From NCBI GenBank assembly GCA_040954595.2, contig CM082582.2, forward strand, positions 8,857,483 to 8,921,482: a stretch of DNA of 64,000 nucleotides, read 5' to 3'. Numbering within the stretch: the first letter of the stretch is position 1; each line of letters starts with the position of its first letter. A model generated the notes under the pieces. It searched no databases. It saw nothing but the letters and a program-made list of their open reading frames with translations, and was not told the DNA's origin. Below are positions 36,004 to 50,700 of this stretch, in pieces. The translations under genes were made by a program, and so were the position numbers. The stretch comes from Balanoglossus misakiensis. Taxonomy: Eukaryota > Animalia > Hemichordata.

Positions 36004-38574
36004 TCTATCCTTTTTCAACTCGAACAACAATTCAATTGTTGAGGCTGAGCTTAAAAACTGACAAAAAACTCATGATATCATCAAGTTGAACTTACTTTTA
36101 CAAAAGGCATCTGCACACGTGTGATCAGTCTCTGTGCCATCGCCTTCACAGTCAAGGCCATCAAATGCTGGAGGAGGGTCTATGCACAATCTTGACCTTG
36201 TCCTACTTCCACTCCCACACGTCCTGGTACAAGGGGTCCATGCATTCCAGCCAGCCCAATTACCGTCAACTGAAAAACATGAGAGAAGTTTTTGTGTGTG
36301 GAGGAACTTCTGAATGAGTGAAATTGGTGGTGGTATCATGTCAATTATGCTACTACTTTGTACTTTGGCTGTCCAGCCAGACCCTATAAGTAAAATAAAT
36401 TAAGTCCGCAAATACATTTCATTAAATCCAATCATTGCAAAAACGTGGCTATCAAGGGAGAATATTTTTATTTTATTTCAAACACTGCCAATATATTCAG
36501 CATTTAAACAAGTTAAGCAAAAAATATTTCTTACTCGGACATGGATTTGAGTTACACTCTCCGTATTGCTCAATTTCGCCGACACAATCGTTACCTCCGA
36601 ATGCCGGGGGAGGGTTGGTGCAGGTTCTTGTGTGTGTGTGGGTGCCACCACCGCATGTGGCACTACACTCACTCCACTCGGACCACGGCGACCAGTTGCC
36701 ATCCACGCTACACAGGTCTAAGCCACAGGAGAGGAGCTCGGTATCGCTGCCTTCGCAGTCCGCCCCGCCAAACTGCGGCGCCGGGTTGTCGCAGACACGC
36801 GTCTTGGTCTTCCACTCGTCGCCGCAGGTTTTCGCGCACTCGGTCCACGGCGTCCACTCCGACCAGCCGCCGTCCATCTTGCAGGCCGGTCCGCAGGACA
36901 CCACCTGGGCGTCCGCGCTCTCACCGACGCAGTCGGCGCCCCCGTCGGCCGGCGGCGGGTTGTCGCACGCCCGCGACCGACTGACGGAGTGGTCGCCGCA
37001 AGTTGCCGAGCAGACGCTCCATTCCGACCACGCCCCCCAGTTCCCTGGAATGGCGCACGTGGACGGCACATCGCACTTGACAGTTTCAGAGTCTTCCAGC
37101 ACAAACTCCTTGTCCAATGTGCACCTGTACCCGCCATGTTGAGGCGGGGGATCATCACAATATCGCATGCGCGTCTTCCGAGCCTTGGTACCACAAGTTT
37201 TAGTGCATTCGCTCCACTCAGCCCACTCGGCCCAGCGGCCATTAACTAAAATGAAAACAAGAATCATATTTGAAGCAACACTGAGAAATCACACACAAAC
37301 ACATTTCATTGAGACAAAGAAATCACAAATATGAGATACAGTTAATCATAATGACATAATACATGTACACGGGTTTGACCATTTATTATAGATGAATTTG
37401 CATTTCTCTCCAGAAATCAGAAGGATGTTCTAGGTGTGCACCATAATTTATTAATATAAAACCATTAAATTATTTTGTCCCAAAACCCCATTCACTTCTA
37501 GTCCTACTATAGCACCAGTATATTCAAGATGGTATGCAAAAGTATATCGGTTACAAAAAATCAAAATTAATGATCATGTCCTAACTTTGTATTGTCATCT
37601 TGTTTTTTTTTTCTTCTGATTAATCTTCAGTTCACTGAATGTTTTTACTCCTATAAAAACAACATTTAAAAAAAAATACAGACTCAGTATTTTTTTCAGT
37701 CACTGAAACTGTAATACTTACTCGGGCACCAGGGTACCCACGAACAGTGATCTCGGTCTATTTTCCCCTCTTCACCACCGACACAGAAATCGGTGGCGGT
37801 CCTAAACATGTCGCACTCTCTGGTTCGCCTGCGGAAGAACTCGCCGCACGAGGCCCTCTCTTTTTCCTCAAAGCACGTACCCCAGTAGCCCCACGGCAAC
37901 CAATTCCCGTTGATGGGGCAGGGGTCCAGGCCACACGCCGCCCTCAGCATAGCGGTGACACCCTCGGGGGAAGCTTCACAGGTGTCGCCGCCGTTTGCTG
38001 GTGCAGGGTTGTTGCATTTGCGAAATCTAAGGTCATAGACATTGGCGCCGCAGGTTTTGATGTCACAATTACCCCCAAAATACCACGGATCCCACTCACC
38101 CCACTGTCCATGAATCGGTTCTTGACCAACTGCAAGGAGATTAAAGGGGAGAAGTTGAGCATCAGCCCTTGTCCATTCATGGCCATACTTTGTGAATGAC
38201 CCTAATGCTACAGTATTAATAATTACTCAAAGTAAAAAAGCATCCATATTTTTCCTCAACCTTCACAAATGATCATTTTCAGGAAGCAAAACCAAATCAA
38301 TTTCCAAGAATTTCCAGGAGTGTATTTGATTTCCCCCTGATATTTTTTTAACATTCTGGGGAGTGAAAATGTGATACCCAGGGGGTAGACTGGAAGATTA
38401 CAGCAGCCTACCCTCTTCAGGTACAATTACATGATTAAATTTAATATGATTTTTCAACATTAATCATGCCACTTCATGCAAAAAAAATTAAAAATACTTA
38501 CCTACACCACGTAATTGCAGGATCGCAAGTAAAAGAACATGAATAGCATCTACTGTTTTGAATATCGCCATCAT
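32523..38574 (-). CDS. Secreted/GPI-anchored protein with 12 thrombospondin type-1 repeats and 2 fibronectin type III domains
   Basis: Signal peptide MMAIFKTVDAIHVLLLAILQLRG (38574-38502). TSP1 WxxWxxC...CG...RxRxC units occur in exons at about 38129-37721 (2), 37244-36534 (4), 36268, 35928, 35458, 35006, 34680 and 34315 (1 each). FN3 motifs PQNISAT...LEW...Y...LRAYTDY and PPTSV...ITW...YMVKVIASNKHGDS. Hydrophobic C-terminus ...ITLIATLSLLSFIMIIL*. Confidence 0.85.
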
Positions 38575-41500
38575 GCTGAGAGCTGTCCTCGATGAAGCGA
38601 GCTTCTACAAATACTTTCGGTAGTATCCTTATGCCAATACGAACAAATTATCAATCGCTACTTTCAAACTATACATTGTGCAGTGTACTTAGACTTATTT
38701 ACACAATCGCTTTTCTCTCGAATCTAAAATTCGGCTGCTTACCAGTGATCAAACCACCTCCCTCATCATGTAGCATGGGCAGTGCCTCATTCATGTATAT
38801 TTCCCCGCCAGTGAAAAACTTTTGCGTGTTTTGATTGGTTCAGCCATGTCATGTGATTGGTCAGAGAACTGAACTTGCAAAAGTGGCTTCCCTGTGTCTC
38901 CATGGTGATTTGTGCTCAATCCCAGAAAGGACAATCTTTTCAGAGATATGATAGTCCTTCAAATATTCTCATTTAATAGTATAGGGTATCTCAACTGTTG
39001 CTTGACCGGCAAAACCGAACGATGTCATACTCCGCGCTAGAGATAAACTTCGTTGAATATTGCACAATTAAAAGAAATGACAATACTTTCAATTTTATCG
39101 ATCCAACAACCTTTATTTACAAATATTACAGGAGAAAACGGTGATAGACGTGACAGAGACACTTTGCACGACCCAACACTTGACGTACGTATGCAATGCA
39201 TGCAAAAGGGCGTTGACCTGATGACATTGAATCTAGAAATTGACAAAGCAAAAGGTCGTTGACATTAACAGCGCAGCCAACGAAGGAAAAAAGAAAGTGG
39301 CAGTAAAAATCACCCTTTGCATAGGAGGGCGTGCAGTACGTGGCGTCGCGTTACCTGGTTACGAGGACCCACATCGTTTTTTCGTGCTTTGGGAGTGTGC
39401 TTGCTGCACATCACTGACTTCAACCGCGTCGTTGGGTAACTTGACCGAAAAGTGAACGTGGCATTAGGGTTTAGTACCTGTGTATGATCGCGATCGAGTT
39501 TCTATGATCGATCATACACATACATACATTTCTATATGGAGCGCGCGCGGATGTACGATCGTACGTCATGTAGCTACTCACAGATGCATTAATCGCCTGT
39601 TTTCTGGCTAGTCAAGCCTAGCCGGGCCGATCGGCTTCGGTTCCTCTTTGTTTATGACATACCAAGCCCGCCCTGGCCCGGTGGAACAGACTACCCCGAA
39701 AACGAGCGATTATGCACGTCATATATCACACTTGATTTCATCTCTGCCTTTGGACGGATGGATGGATGGTGTATTTTTATTGATACAGAAACGCAGCAGG
39801 CATCATCCACTTCTCATGATTCTCGTTTTGTACACAAAATGAAATTAGTATAGCCAAAATTAGATACACTATATTGTACTATAGTAAAAAGCAATTTATA
39901 ATGTCTGTTTTCCTGCATTCATGTTCTAGTACATAAAATATTAATTTTACAAACATTGCTTTATCAGAGCCAGAAACCACTCACAAAAAATATAAACTAA
40001 TCATGAAATATAACACAATTAATTAACTGCAAATGTTAATGTTATCCTGATGCTGATAATCCTCATGATCATATATCATTGGGATTTTACAATTAGAAAG
40101 TATACATGTACTTCCAATACTAAAATTGAAATATTTGTTTAAGCAGGATTTTTTTTGTTACAGTCTAAAATATTGACATTTGTAAATATATGCTTATTCC
40201 ATCATGTCGAGATATTTCCTTGAAGGAAATATTATCTGCAAGGAAGATGTACATTCATGATATAAACTGTGCTGTGTGTGTTCTTGGTCTATGGTGTGCA
40301 TATAGGCTGTGTGTGTTCAGGGTCTACCGGTATATTGACCTACATGTTGGCCATTGTAGTAAATTGATTGTCGGGCCTACGTCATTCACTCACTGACTCA
40401 CTTGCGATCTCCATAGCCACATTTCCATTATAATGCGGGGCATTATATAACCTCAGCTTTCACTACAGCAAACTCTAGTCTATCACGGACCGGTACGCGG
40501 TAGACATCTTTCTCCTATGTTCATTACCGGCAGTTAAAGCTAGCAGCACTGAAACCCCGCATCCACTGAAAAAAGGTCATCCACGGAGCCATCTTAACAG
40601 GTAAAAAATATTATCTCAACTGATCTTCAAGCTTTGCCTAGTTATCCTTGCTTTGTATAATCCTGTCGGGTAAATGTTGCTGTCGGCCAGTTTCGCTCTA
40701 TTTCCTTAATCGTGAAAATTCTGTGGAATATGTTTATCACATTGCCATTTGGCATTTGTGGAGTGTGTGAGATACAAATGTAGACTAGCTGTCACATGAC
40801 AGTCTGAGCCAGGGTGTGAGCCAGTGATATCACAATGAAGATGACAGTTTGTGAACTTGATAGTTCTATATAAATGCAGTGTACGTCCAATTGGCTATTG
40901 TTATAAATATTACAGAATGAATATAACTGTGTCTTGCGGTGAGACTATTCCAAATACTGTACTAGTATTTCGAGTTCAGTATTAAAGGTGTACTGTAGAA
41001 GCACTTTTAAACTATATATTGGCATAAGATATGGTTAAAAAGGGTGTGTCTGGAATTCCTGTAATGGCTATTAGCATTAGTATGTGGTGGCATACATTTT
41101 TGCTTGGCTGCCCAAGTAAAAATCAGTGAAGGTCTTGAGGTCGAACTCCACATTCAATAGTAACTGGTAAATGTGCATATCCATATATAATAAATGGACA
41201 GCCAGAATTATAACTTGAATCGCAAAGATGTGGCTTTTACATAATAATTTAATTGATGGCTGACAAGATGCAGGCATATACAAAAGAGTTAATCTGCCCT
41301 CACATAACAACTGCATGTACATATAACTGTTTGTTAAAAAGGAGCGTAGACTACAAAATTGATCGATAAGCATATTATATATACTACCGGTAGTTATCAG
41401 TGGAAGTGTCTGATAAAACAACATACTAAACAAAGCCCACTGAAAGTAGATTTACCTAGCTAGCTAGTACCTTTAATGAAAAAAAAAAGAAACAGGAATG

Positions 41501-44500
41501 TAATATTTGATCCAGGACAAAGCTTGTAACTGCATAAAAGTCTGAAATTTTGTCCAGAGTGTGTGTCAAGTGTTTGATTCGTTATAGTGTTAATTCCAAG
41601 TAAACAACCAAGATGCCAATAATGAGTTGTGGGTCATCCTGACCTATTAGCCTCAACCATGTGAGAGTCACATTACTGTAATGACTCATTTACCATGCCA
41701 TGTCTCGTTAAATTGATTCTGACAATATACATGCACCTGTCTTATTTTTTATTGTGTGTAACAAAATTGATATATCAGGTTCATCTATTAACAGTCTTAA
41801 TTAAGCATTTACCTTATGTGTATTCACAAACCAATTGCTGAGTTTAAGCTAATAAATAATGTGCTATACAAAATGCTATTGAAAAAAAAATTATAATTGG
41901 TGTGTGTCAATAGAAAAACGGTAATGCATTTCGCTTACAGCAGCAGAAGTAGAAGTAGATGTCTTCATCCGAGTGAAATGTTTTAAAACTGAAAGCTTTA
42001 ACTGATAGCTCCTTTTTAAGGACTAAAATCATATAAAACTACTTTCATACAAGCCATTCTGGGTTGAATGAACTGTAGTTTCATGAAAAATATGATGTCA
42101 GTGTCATCTAAGCATTTCTCCATCGATTAGCGTTTGCCTCAGAGAAGTAACTATGGCAACCAGACGTGTCATGGAACTCATCCAGACAAAGTGGTGTTTC
42201 ATTGTGTCTGCAATATTTGTTTACATTTTTACACTTCTGATGATTTCACTTTTGTTTTGAACGGTGAAGGCTTTTCTAACAATGCTTTGAAATGTGTTTG
42301 TCAGGAATGAGTTGTATTAAAGTGTGTGAGGAGTCATTTTGAATGAAAAAGAAGAAGAAAACATGGCGTTCACCATCTTGTTTTCATAAAAAATGAAACA
42401 TGTTTCCCAATTGAAAAATCTTTCAGTAGTCTGGTTACCATACCCATTAATCAATGATGTCAATTGATTTTAAGACGTGTGTATGTTTGCTTAAAATGAA
42501 ATATGTTTGAAGCAAATACGTGTAACAGGCAATAAAGTCAACAAAGTAAGACTGTGTAACCTTCCACTCCCTGGTTATGAATAATGATATGACAGTACAA
42601 GCTGACCTGCACTGGACATGTGACTGTGATAAGAGCTGGAGTACATAAAGCGACGAGTCTGCCATTGTGTGAGGTTAGGTAACACACAAGGTATAGCTAG
42701 GTGCAGCTTCAAATGCAAGTGTGATGGTGGGTGAATACTAAGAGGTTAGTGTGTATATGGTATTTGGATTTAAAATGTTGCTATCTAGGTCATTCTTTGG
42801 GATGCATTTTATGAATTGAACCTTTTCCATCACTCTTTCTTCAGCCCGATATACCAATTTCCTTGTGTACTTTCCATCCACCGCTCAGGTTGGAAGTGTT
42901 TGTTATGGGGTGATTTGGATAGCAAAGTGTACTTTTCCACCTTTGGCAGTTTACCGTAGGGGTCAATGTCCTTTTCTTGCTGTCAGCGAAATTTATATAG
43001 CACTGGATTTATTAGAGACGTAAAGGCAATAGAATTTGTCACTGTACATGAATGAGGTCAAACATACGATCGTCACATGACTCTGCGTAGACCATTTGTC
43101 AAGTCTTACGTCAAATAGTGACTGTGCATGTGCAAACAACCTGTTGCTTTCTACTGCCAATGCACTCGACAAGCAGATCAGCAACTTGAGACATAAGAAA
43201 TTTATGACAAAATTAGTATCAGCTGCAATATAGGTAAGTTGTTTTTATGGGAAGCTCATTATAATCAGAAGATTTGCAAGTTCCTGACTCAAATTAACAA
43301 GAACTGCCATCAGCTTGTATCGAATATCTTGTATGGACCAGAAAGGTATATTGTGTTACAGCTGAAATTAAGGGGAAATGCTGGTGGAGGCACTGAAAAG
43401 GTTTACCATGGTTTAAACTTAAATTTGTATTTGGTTTATGCCGGCTTTCATATGACTTTCATATACATGTACACTCCTGATTTACAACATTCACTTACAT
43501 GTGAATGACTGTCGTGTTGAATTGTTTGATGGTTCCATTTGTGTCCACATATAGTCATATAACACTTTGAGGTAGACCATATTATGCAACTTTATGAGTG
43601 GCAAATATTTTTTCTTGATCCACCTAGTCTCCAGTAAGTCTCCTTTTATTGCAAAGGGAATATCTACGGTATATATTTAGTCTCAAATTTTGCTTCATGT
43701 AAAGTCAGCTTGCTTGTTTCAAGATAGGAGTTAAGTGACATAGCAGCATAAACATGCGACATTGCAATGTGACAGTCGCCTTTTCAAACTGTTTATTTTC
43801 ATGCTTGATCGGTGGCATGTTTGACCTCAGTTACGACATTTAAATATGAAAGCGTATCAGTACCAGCGTACCAGTGCGTACCAAAGGCTGACAGTCTGTC
43901 AGCATTGGGCCCGGGCATTGAGTCGTTCTTGCTATGTGGTGAAAGTTCAAATTCACAGCTGCGCATATAGTGTAGTGCAAGGTCAGTATGGTTGAAACCC
44001 GGAATGGTTGATCAAAATCTACCTATGCACCACAACAAACAGATTTTTAAGAGTCTGTACAATATATTGTAGTGCTATAGCAATTTTTGTTGGCATATAT
44101 ATACGTATCACCCTTTCTGTGGAGTACCAGCTTCTTCAAATTATGATCATAGTTTTTCCAAAACAGTGCCGCTTACAGCTAATTATCACCTTGGATGAAG
44201 CTTTTACCAGCCATGTAAAATAGGTCACCCAAAAACACAATCATATTGAGAGCAATTTAACTGATGTTGACAGAAATTTCACATTTGAGCTCCTCTGATG
44301 AATGTCCCTTGAAGAAAACAACATATGAAAGCTGGGAGTGGCAGATGATATAGCTTCCGGGGAAATTCACCTCCCATTGAAAGCAATTAAGTGACACCAG
44401 CTACGGCACACCATTCTTAAAAGCAGTGATTTTTCCTTTTAAAACGAAGTGACAGATGTACAAACTCAATTTATTTTCCCAGCTGGGTGTATTTGGAAAT

Positions 44501-44702
44501 CTGATTTCAGAAATTAATTTGATCACCAGCTTGTCGGATGGCAGCCCTCATCATCTTCTGCTTTTGAGGCTACAGGTAAGATAGAGTTAACATTGGAGGA
44601 AGGAAGAGGAGTTGTTTGTTGCCATGGAAATATCAGCTGACATTTAGCATATGACGACGGTTTCTTTTCACTTTCTTTAGGCGTGGTCTCCGTCGCACCG
44701 CA

Positions 44703-47700
44703 ATGGGAACCAAGGGAAGACAGCTGAGGCTTTTGCTCTGGAAGAATTTCATTCTACAGGTAAAGTTTGACTTTATATTTTTTTATTTCCATTTTGAATT
44801 TTCCAAAAACTCATGAGGAAAGGTCGGTCACCAGAAATATAGTCAAAATCCTTCATTTGTGATATAGTTTACCGGGTAAATATTTATAGATCTCACATCA
44901 TTTAGGAAAAGTAAGAATATATGATGATGATATGACCAAGAATATCTACAAAATCCTATCTCTCACATATTCATCTGCAAAAAAAATTGTTGTTGCTATT
45001 TATAATTTAGCATGACTTTCTGGATATTTTAAGCCATACGTGAACGATCCTGTTGAATTTTATGTAAGCGTGAAGCTTACGCAATATTTCTTTTGTGTGA
45101 TTCAGAGAATTGTTGCTTATAAAATGAAAATAATTGTGCCATTCAGATATTTACGTGTTATTATCACACTAAATTATCTTTATGTTTCCGACACTGAACA
45201 GCAAGTAAGAAATAATGGTGTGCCAGCTATGAAAAATTGTTTTGTCATATTACAATAGAATAAGGCATTTAAGCCATTATAGCTGAATTATCGATTTGAA
45301 AGGTGTTCCTTGTCCTACAGAATTATAGGTGTTCTGTATGTAATTGTGCTCAGTATGATAGGTCATCCATGATCAGCTAGCTGTGTGGTCTTCACATGCA
45401 TTTTCTTTGGCGCAGTGAATTAGCCAGGTTTTGGTGCAGAACCAAAATTGTATGAACACGACTCTGTATTATGCTGTGTGCATATTATAATCAAGACATT
45501 TTTCTTCCCTCGGGATGGCATGCATTTATGATCGCCATCTCTCAGAGAATGGGACTGATTTCTTAATCATCTGTTCTGAATGCCGTCTGGTCATTCTCTT
45601 CTTGGCCGCCGGGTTAATATTTAAAATCAATCAGAACTGCACCACTTCTATTGCAGAAAAATCTAGCTTATAAATTCAAATGTCAGTACAGTGTGACAGA
45701 CTGTTCTATAGAGCTGCATTCTGGGAAAACATTGCTACCAGGTCTCTTCACATAGAGCAAGAAGCTGACAAAAGGCATCACAAGAAGACAGTGTCATTTG
45801 TGATATTCAGTTTTAGAGCTCCGACTGTGGGGCAACCCTGAAATTTGACGACCTCAGAACTTCTTCTCATATTCTCACATTCTTCTCATGTTCACAGTGT
45901 TCCTTTCTATGTCTTTTTGCACTTCTAGTTTCGTCGACCGATTGGTACAGTATTTGAAATCCTTATACCTGTGGCCTTGGTAGCATTACTCATATTAGCA
46001 AGGTAAGTCTTGCCTGCAATTTGTGTTGTTTGAATTTTCACCAAAAACCTTGAAAATGAGTGAAAGTTGCTTCAGCAATCACAATTTATTGTGTTGAACA
46101 TCATAGATTTGACAAAAGCCTCAGCCACAGCCTGTCAAGCCAGCTGGCTATAACCAGTCAAGAATTCTTCATACATTACAATTAGCCTTGCAGTCACTGG
46201 TGTTCCCATGAAAGTCTTGAGTCAATCCTTTTTTTTATCATAGAATCAATTCACCTGATTCACGCCACTTTTTAAGATGAAACCCCACCCACACACTCAC
46301 TATATCGTATTTGTTTGTCTCTGGGATCATTTGTCGCCATGGTGAAATCTTTGCTAACGTCATTATTTGATTAATTATTCATTTCCTTTTCTTTTATTTT
46401 TCATTTCTTTCCTCTTTAGAGTCCTCATCAGTCCAGAGAATTTTTGCTTCTGTGAGTAGCTTCTCTGGGCATTTTCAGTTTAATTCTGCAATAGACTAGT
46501 ATTATTTTGTATTTAGTTTGTTTTGTAGAATATGAATGGCTGGAGTGGATGCTAGCATAAGCATGCGTTGAGCACAAATTAAAGTCAAGTTTGCATTATG
46601 TGTACATGTATAATTAGTCTAGTACTTTGTTGATATTTCGATGCGTGTAAAACTCTTCAGCATTTTCATTCAATGTACCAGTTGTTTTGACATGAGTATC
46701 ATTTTGTTCATTTGCTGGCATTGTTGTATTTTGCTTGCAGAGGATATAGCTCTCCCTTCTCTGTGCATTACATCATATTAAGAAAAAAACAATGAAAGGT
46801 ATATCTGCTCTTGACAGATGAGTAATTGTTGTACTTTTCTCTCTCTTTTCAGCCAAGTTTGATCCGTACGAGTTTGATCCCGCATCATGCAACACCACAG
46901 CATGCCCAAAGCTGACTTATTTCCCACAAACCGATTTATGTAAGTACACAGAGAGATATGTTTCATTACAAGAATTTCAATGTCTCCACTCTGGCTGTGA
47001 ATTTCTGTATGTCAGGCATGTCTTGCTGTATAGAGGCTACATAGTACAAGTCATTTTTGGCCTCCTGAATTTTGTGATCCAGCGGAGCTTGGATGGAATA
47101 TAGTTGTCACTCTGTAGAGGTAAATGCACTGGCATATAACAGCACTGTCTGGTTAATATTTTTTCATGTCCCATTCTGCTTTCGAACGTGGCGTGGGCAC
47201 CGTGAATGACGTCATTTTTAACACCTTGCATTGTAGAATCAAGGACAAGCAATTATCCATCTCAGAAGCCTAGTTTAATTGTTTCATTTTTCCCCCCTTA
47301 AAATACAGCTCGGTCAATTATGACAGAGGTGGAAACAGCAACACAGGTAGCGCTGTCTCCCACAGTGTTTTTGACGGAAGAAGAGTTGGCGAAGACGGCA
47401 TCGGAAGAAGATACGGAATACTATGCAGGTAAAGTTAGGGACTGTGCATGTAATTCCTGCATGGTCGATTGGCTGGTGATTACTGACAGCAAAAGTGAAA
47501 AAGCACGGCCATTGAGGGTTTTTTTGTTAGCCTAGAATCTTACTGTCAATTTTTCAAAAAAATTCTAACCATTGACTCTCCACCTGTACACAGCTGTTGT
47601 GTTTGATTTCGCGGAGAGTGCCACCAGCCTTCCCATGGATGTCAGCTACAGCATTCGTATATCGCACAAGTACGCATCCAGTCAGGAGGACACTTTCTAC

Positions 47701-50700
47701 ACGGAGAGACAGTATCCGTTCTTTCAAGTGCCCGGACCCGTGAGAGAGAAGTAAGCATTAGTGTTTGGGAGATTGTTAATTTCTTCAGCTGGACAGACAG
47801 TGTCATGTGCAGAAATTCACAAAGCCCTTTTGCTTGCTAAAACTATAAAATGGAGAGATTGTACTTTGGTCGTTACTTTGTTCTAATTTCTATTTGTCAA
47901 TTTGCAGTTTTTACACAGACAGATTCCTGCAAATCCAGAAGGCTGTGGATTTTGCCATCATCAAAATGCAGGCCGACATTTACGGAACAACTGACGGGTT
48001 ATCAGACTTTGATATGAAAATGCAGGTCAGTATACAAAAAACAAACAATCTTTTCTTGACAAAAAACAGAGAACGCAAACTTGATATGGTGTAATGTGGT
48101 TATACTGATTCATTTCACAGCAATATCCATACCCAAAATACAGCAACGACGGTTTCATTGGCATCATATCCGGAGTTCTACCTTTGCTTTTGTGCCTGGC
48201 GTTCATCTACACTGCTGGGGTCATTGTCAAGGTGAGACACGTACTCTAATTAGTGTTAGTATTTGCAACTGTTTAGTATTTTAGCATATGTTTAAATAAA
48301 CTGCAGGTTGCGTTTACAAAGCAAACACTAAACGTTTCAACCTGCTTTGTGCAATAGACAGGAGTCAGACTGTAATACAGTTACATGTACATAAGAGTAT
48401 ACAAAGTATACATAATGCACGTTTTATTACGTTTCCTCAGGAACTTGTGTTCGAGAAGGAGACAAGAATGAAAGAGAGTATGAAGATGATGGGGCTGTCC
48501 AACTGGATACACTGGTTGGCATGGTTTCTCAAGTGTTTCATATTTCTGATGATCACCGGACTCTTCATTGTCATCGTCTTGAAGGTCAGTTGTGACAAAA
48601 TGTGTTTTTTTCCCCCCAACATTTCATACATGTACATTTAGTTCTTAGCATTGCAATGAGATGGATTGATTGTTCAACCAAACTTAACAGTGGTCACCTC
48701 CTGTGTTGCATACATGTTGTATATACTTGAGCAACAGTGATGAGGGACACTGAGCAACAGAAATGGGGTACATTTACACTCTCTAGTGGCAGTAACTGCA
48801 TAAACTCTTGTTTTAATTTCCTCCCACAGGTCGGTAAGATATTTGAATACAGCGACGGTGTCGTGATTTTTCTAGTGTACGTCTGCTGGATCTTGGCCTC
48901 CATTTCGTGGAATTTTGCCCTCAGCGTGTTCTTCTCCAAGAGTAAGGTAGCTCTGATCGTCGGCATGGTTCTGTGGTATCTCAACTATATGCCCTACTCG
49001 TTCATCGCAAGGCCAGATATCTATGACAACATGAGCAGGTATAAAGATTCATTCTGACATAATTGCTAAAAATCCGATGTGTAGGATCAGCTACCACTAT
49101 TATTGAAATTGGACTTAAGTTTTGTGAGTTAAGCTGAAACGAAGACTGCAGTGCCTAAGAGAGAATTGTACTGTTCAATGTTATTGGGAGATTCAAATTT
49201 TCTTGCTAAAAAATGAGATTACTACAAAATGTACTTAATTTTGTTACATGTGCTCACTTTCTGTCCAAAAATATAGATTTTCAGGGAGGAATTTTAAAGT
49301 CTATACATTTTCTCTTTTGTTCTGGACCACAGCTCAGCCAAGGCAGCTGCCTGCTTGTTATCCAACACATGTATGGGTATAGCGGCTCAGATCTTCGCCC
49401 AGCGCGAATCCCAGACTGTGGGCGTCACTTGGTCCAACCTAGCCAAACCAGTGACGGTCGACGACAACTTCTCCATGGCTATTCTCATTGTGATGTTGTT
49501 GATAGACACTGTTCTCTATGGAATTGTAGCATGGTGAGTTGACACAAGCTGTATTCGCGTGTATCCCCAGTTGGCCTGGCTTTAATGTAGAAATGAAGTG
49601 GATTTGTTTGTGAGAATTCATTTTTAACAACTGTCTGTGACTTTTTACCATGACAGGTATGTGGAAGCAGTATTTCCAGGCACCTATGGTATCCCAAGAC
49701 CGTTCTATTTCCCATTCCAAGCATCCTACTGGTGTGGCAGGAGAGACAATAATGTTGTAAACATGGACGATGTAAGTGCAGTGTACCAGTGGTAGTTTAC
49801 TTTTGCAGATTCTTAAAGCCACAGCAGCTGCCACTTTTAGCATATTTTTAATAAATGAAATACTTCAATCTTCTCCTTATTCTCTTGCAATTGGCGACTG
49901 AAGAAACGGGTGCCACACCTTTTACACTCAATTTTTCACGAACCCTGTTTAAAACCCATTTGCATTGTCACAGCTTGGTATGAGTAACCGTCGACAGGGG
50001 AGTCACAACCACGAGGCAGAGCCGACAAATCTCAACATCGGAATCAGTATCAACAACCTGAGCAAAGTTTACAAGGTAAGGAACTGCCGCTATTGACAAC
50101 AATTCAGCATTTCTACCTGGTAGTGGGATTGTACATGTGCATGTACTTGTATGGTGGACAGTTCCTTGCTTTCAGTGGCCCAATATACTGTGATATATGA
50201 ACTGTTTTCTTGTCGTAGAGAATATTTACTACATCACTAAAATGTCATATTGGGCTGGCAGGCACACTGCAAAGAACAGCACAGAATTGCAGCCAAAAGA
50301 GTGATAAAAAATACAACTGCAGTACTCTAGGAATCTTTCCATGCAGCTACCGAGTAATTTTGAACAAAACACAATGTCTCTGAAAAATGTAATAGAAGCT
50401 CAACGAACTCAGTGATAAAATTTCTAACAAAATTCTTGCCTCCTAGAGCTCTGTCGGAAACAAACTTGCGGTCGATACGCTGAGCATGAATATGTTCGAG
50501 GGACAGATCACTTCCCTGCTCGGACACAACGGCGCCGGCAAGACCACCACCATGTCCATACTGACCGGACTGTTCCCACCCACCGCCGGAACAGCCACCG
50601 TGAATGGATTCTCCATCAACACCGACATGGACAGCGTACGTCAAAGTCTCGGCCTCTGTCCACAGCACAACGTACTGTTTGATCGACTCACAGTGAAGGA

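Noticed and set aside
46741-46798. AG...GT-bounded candidate ABCA exon
   Set aside because: It creates an immediate TAG in the required phase, and the flanking exons join correctly without it.
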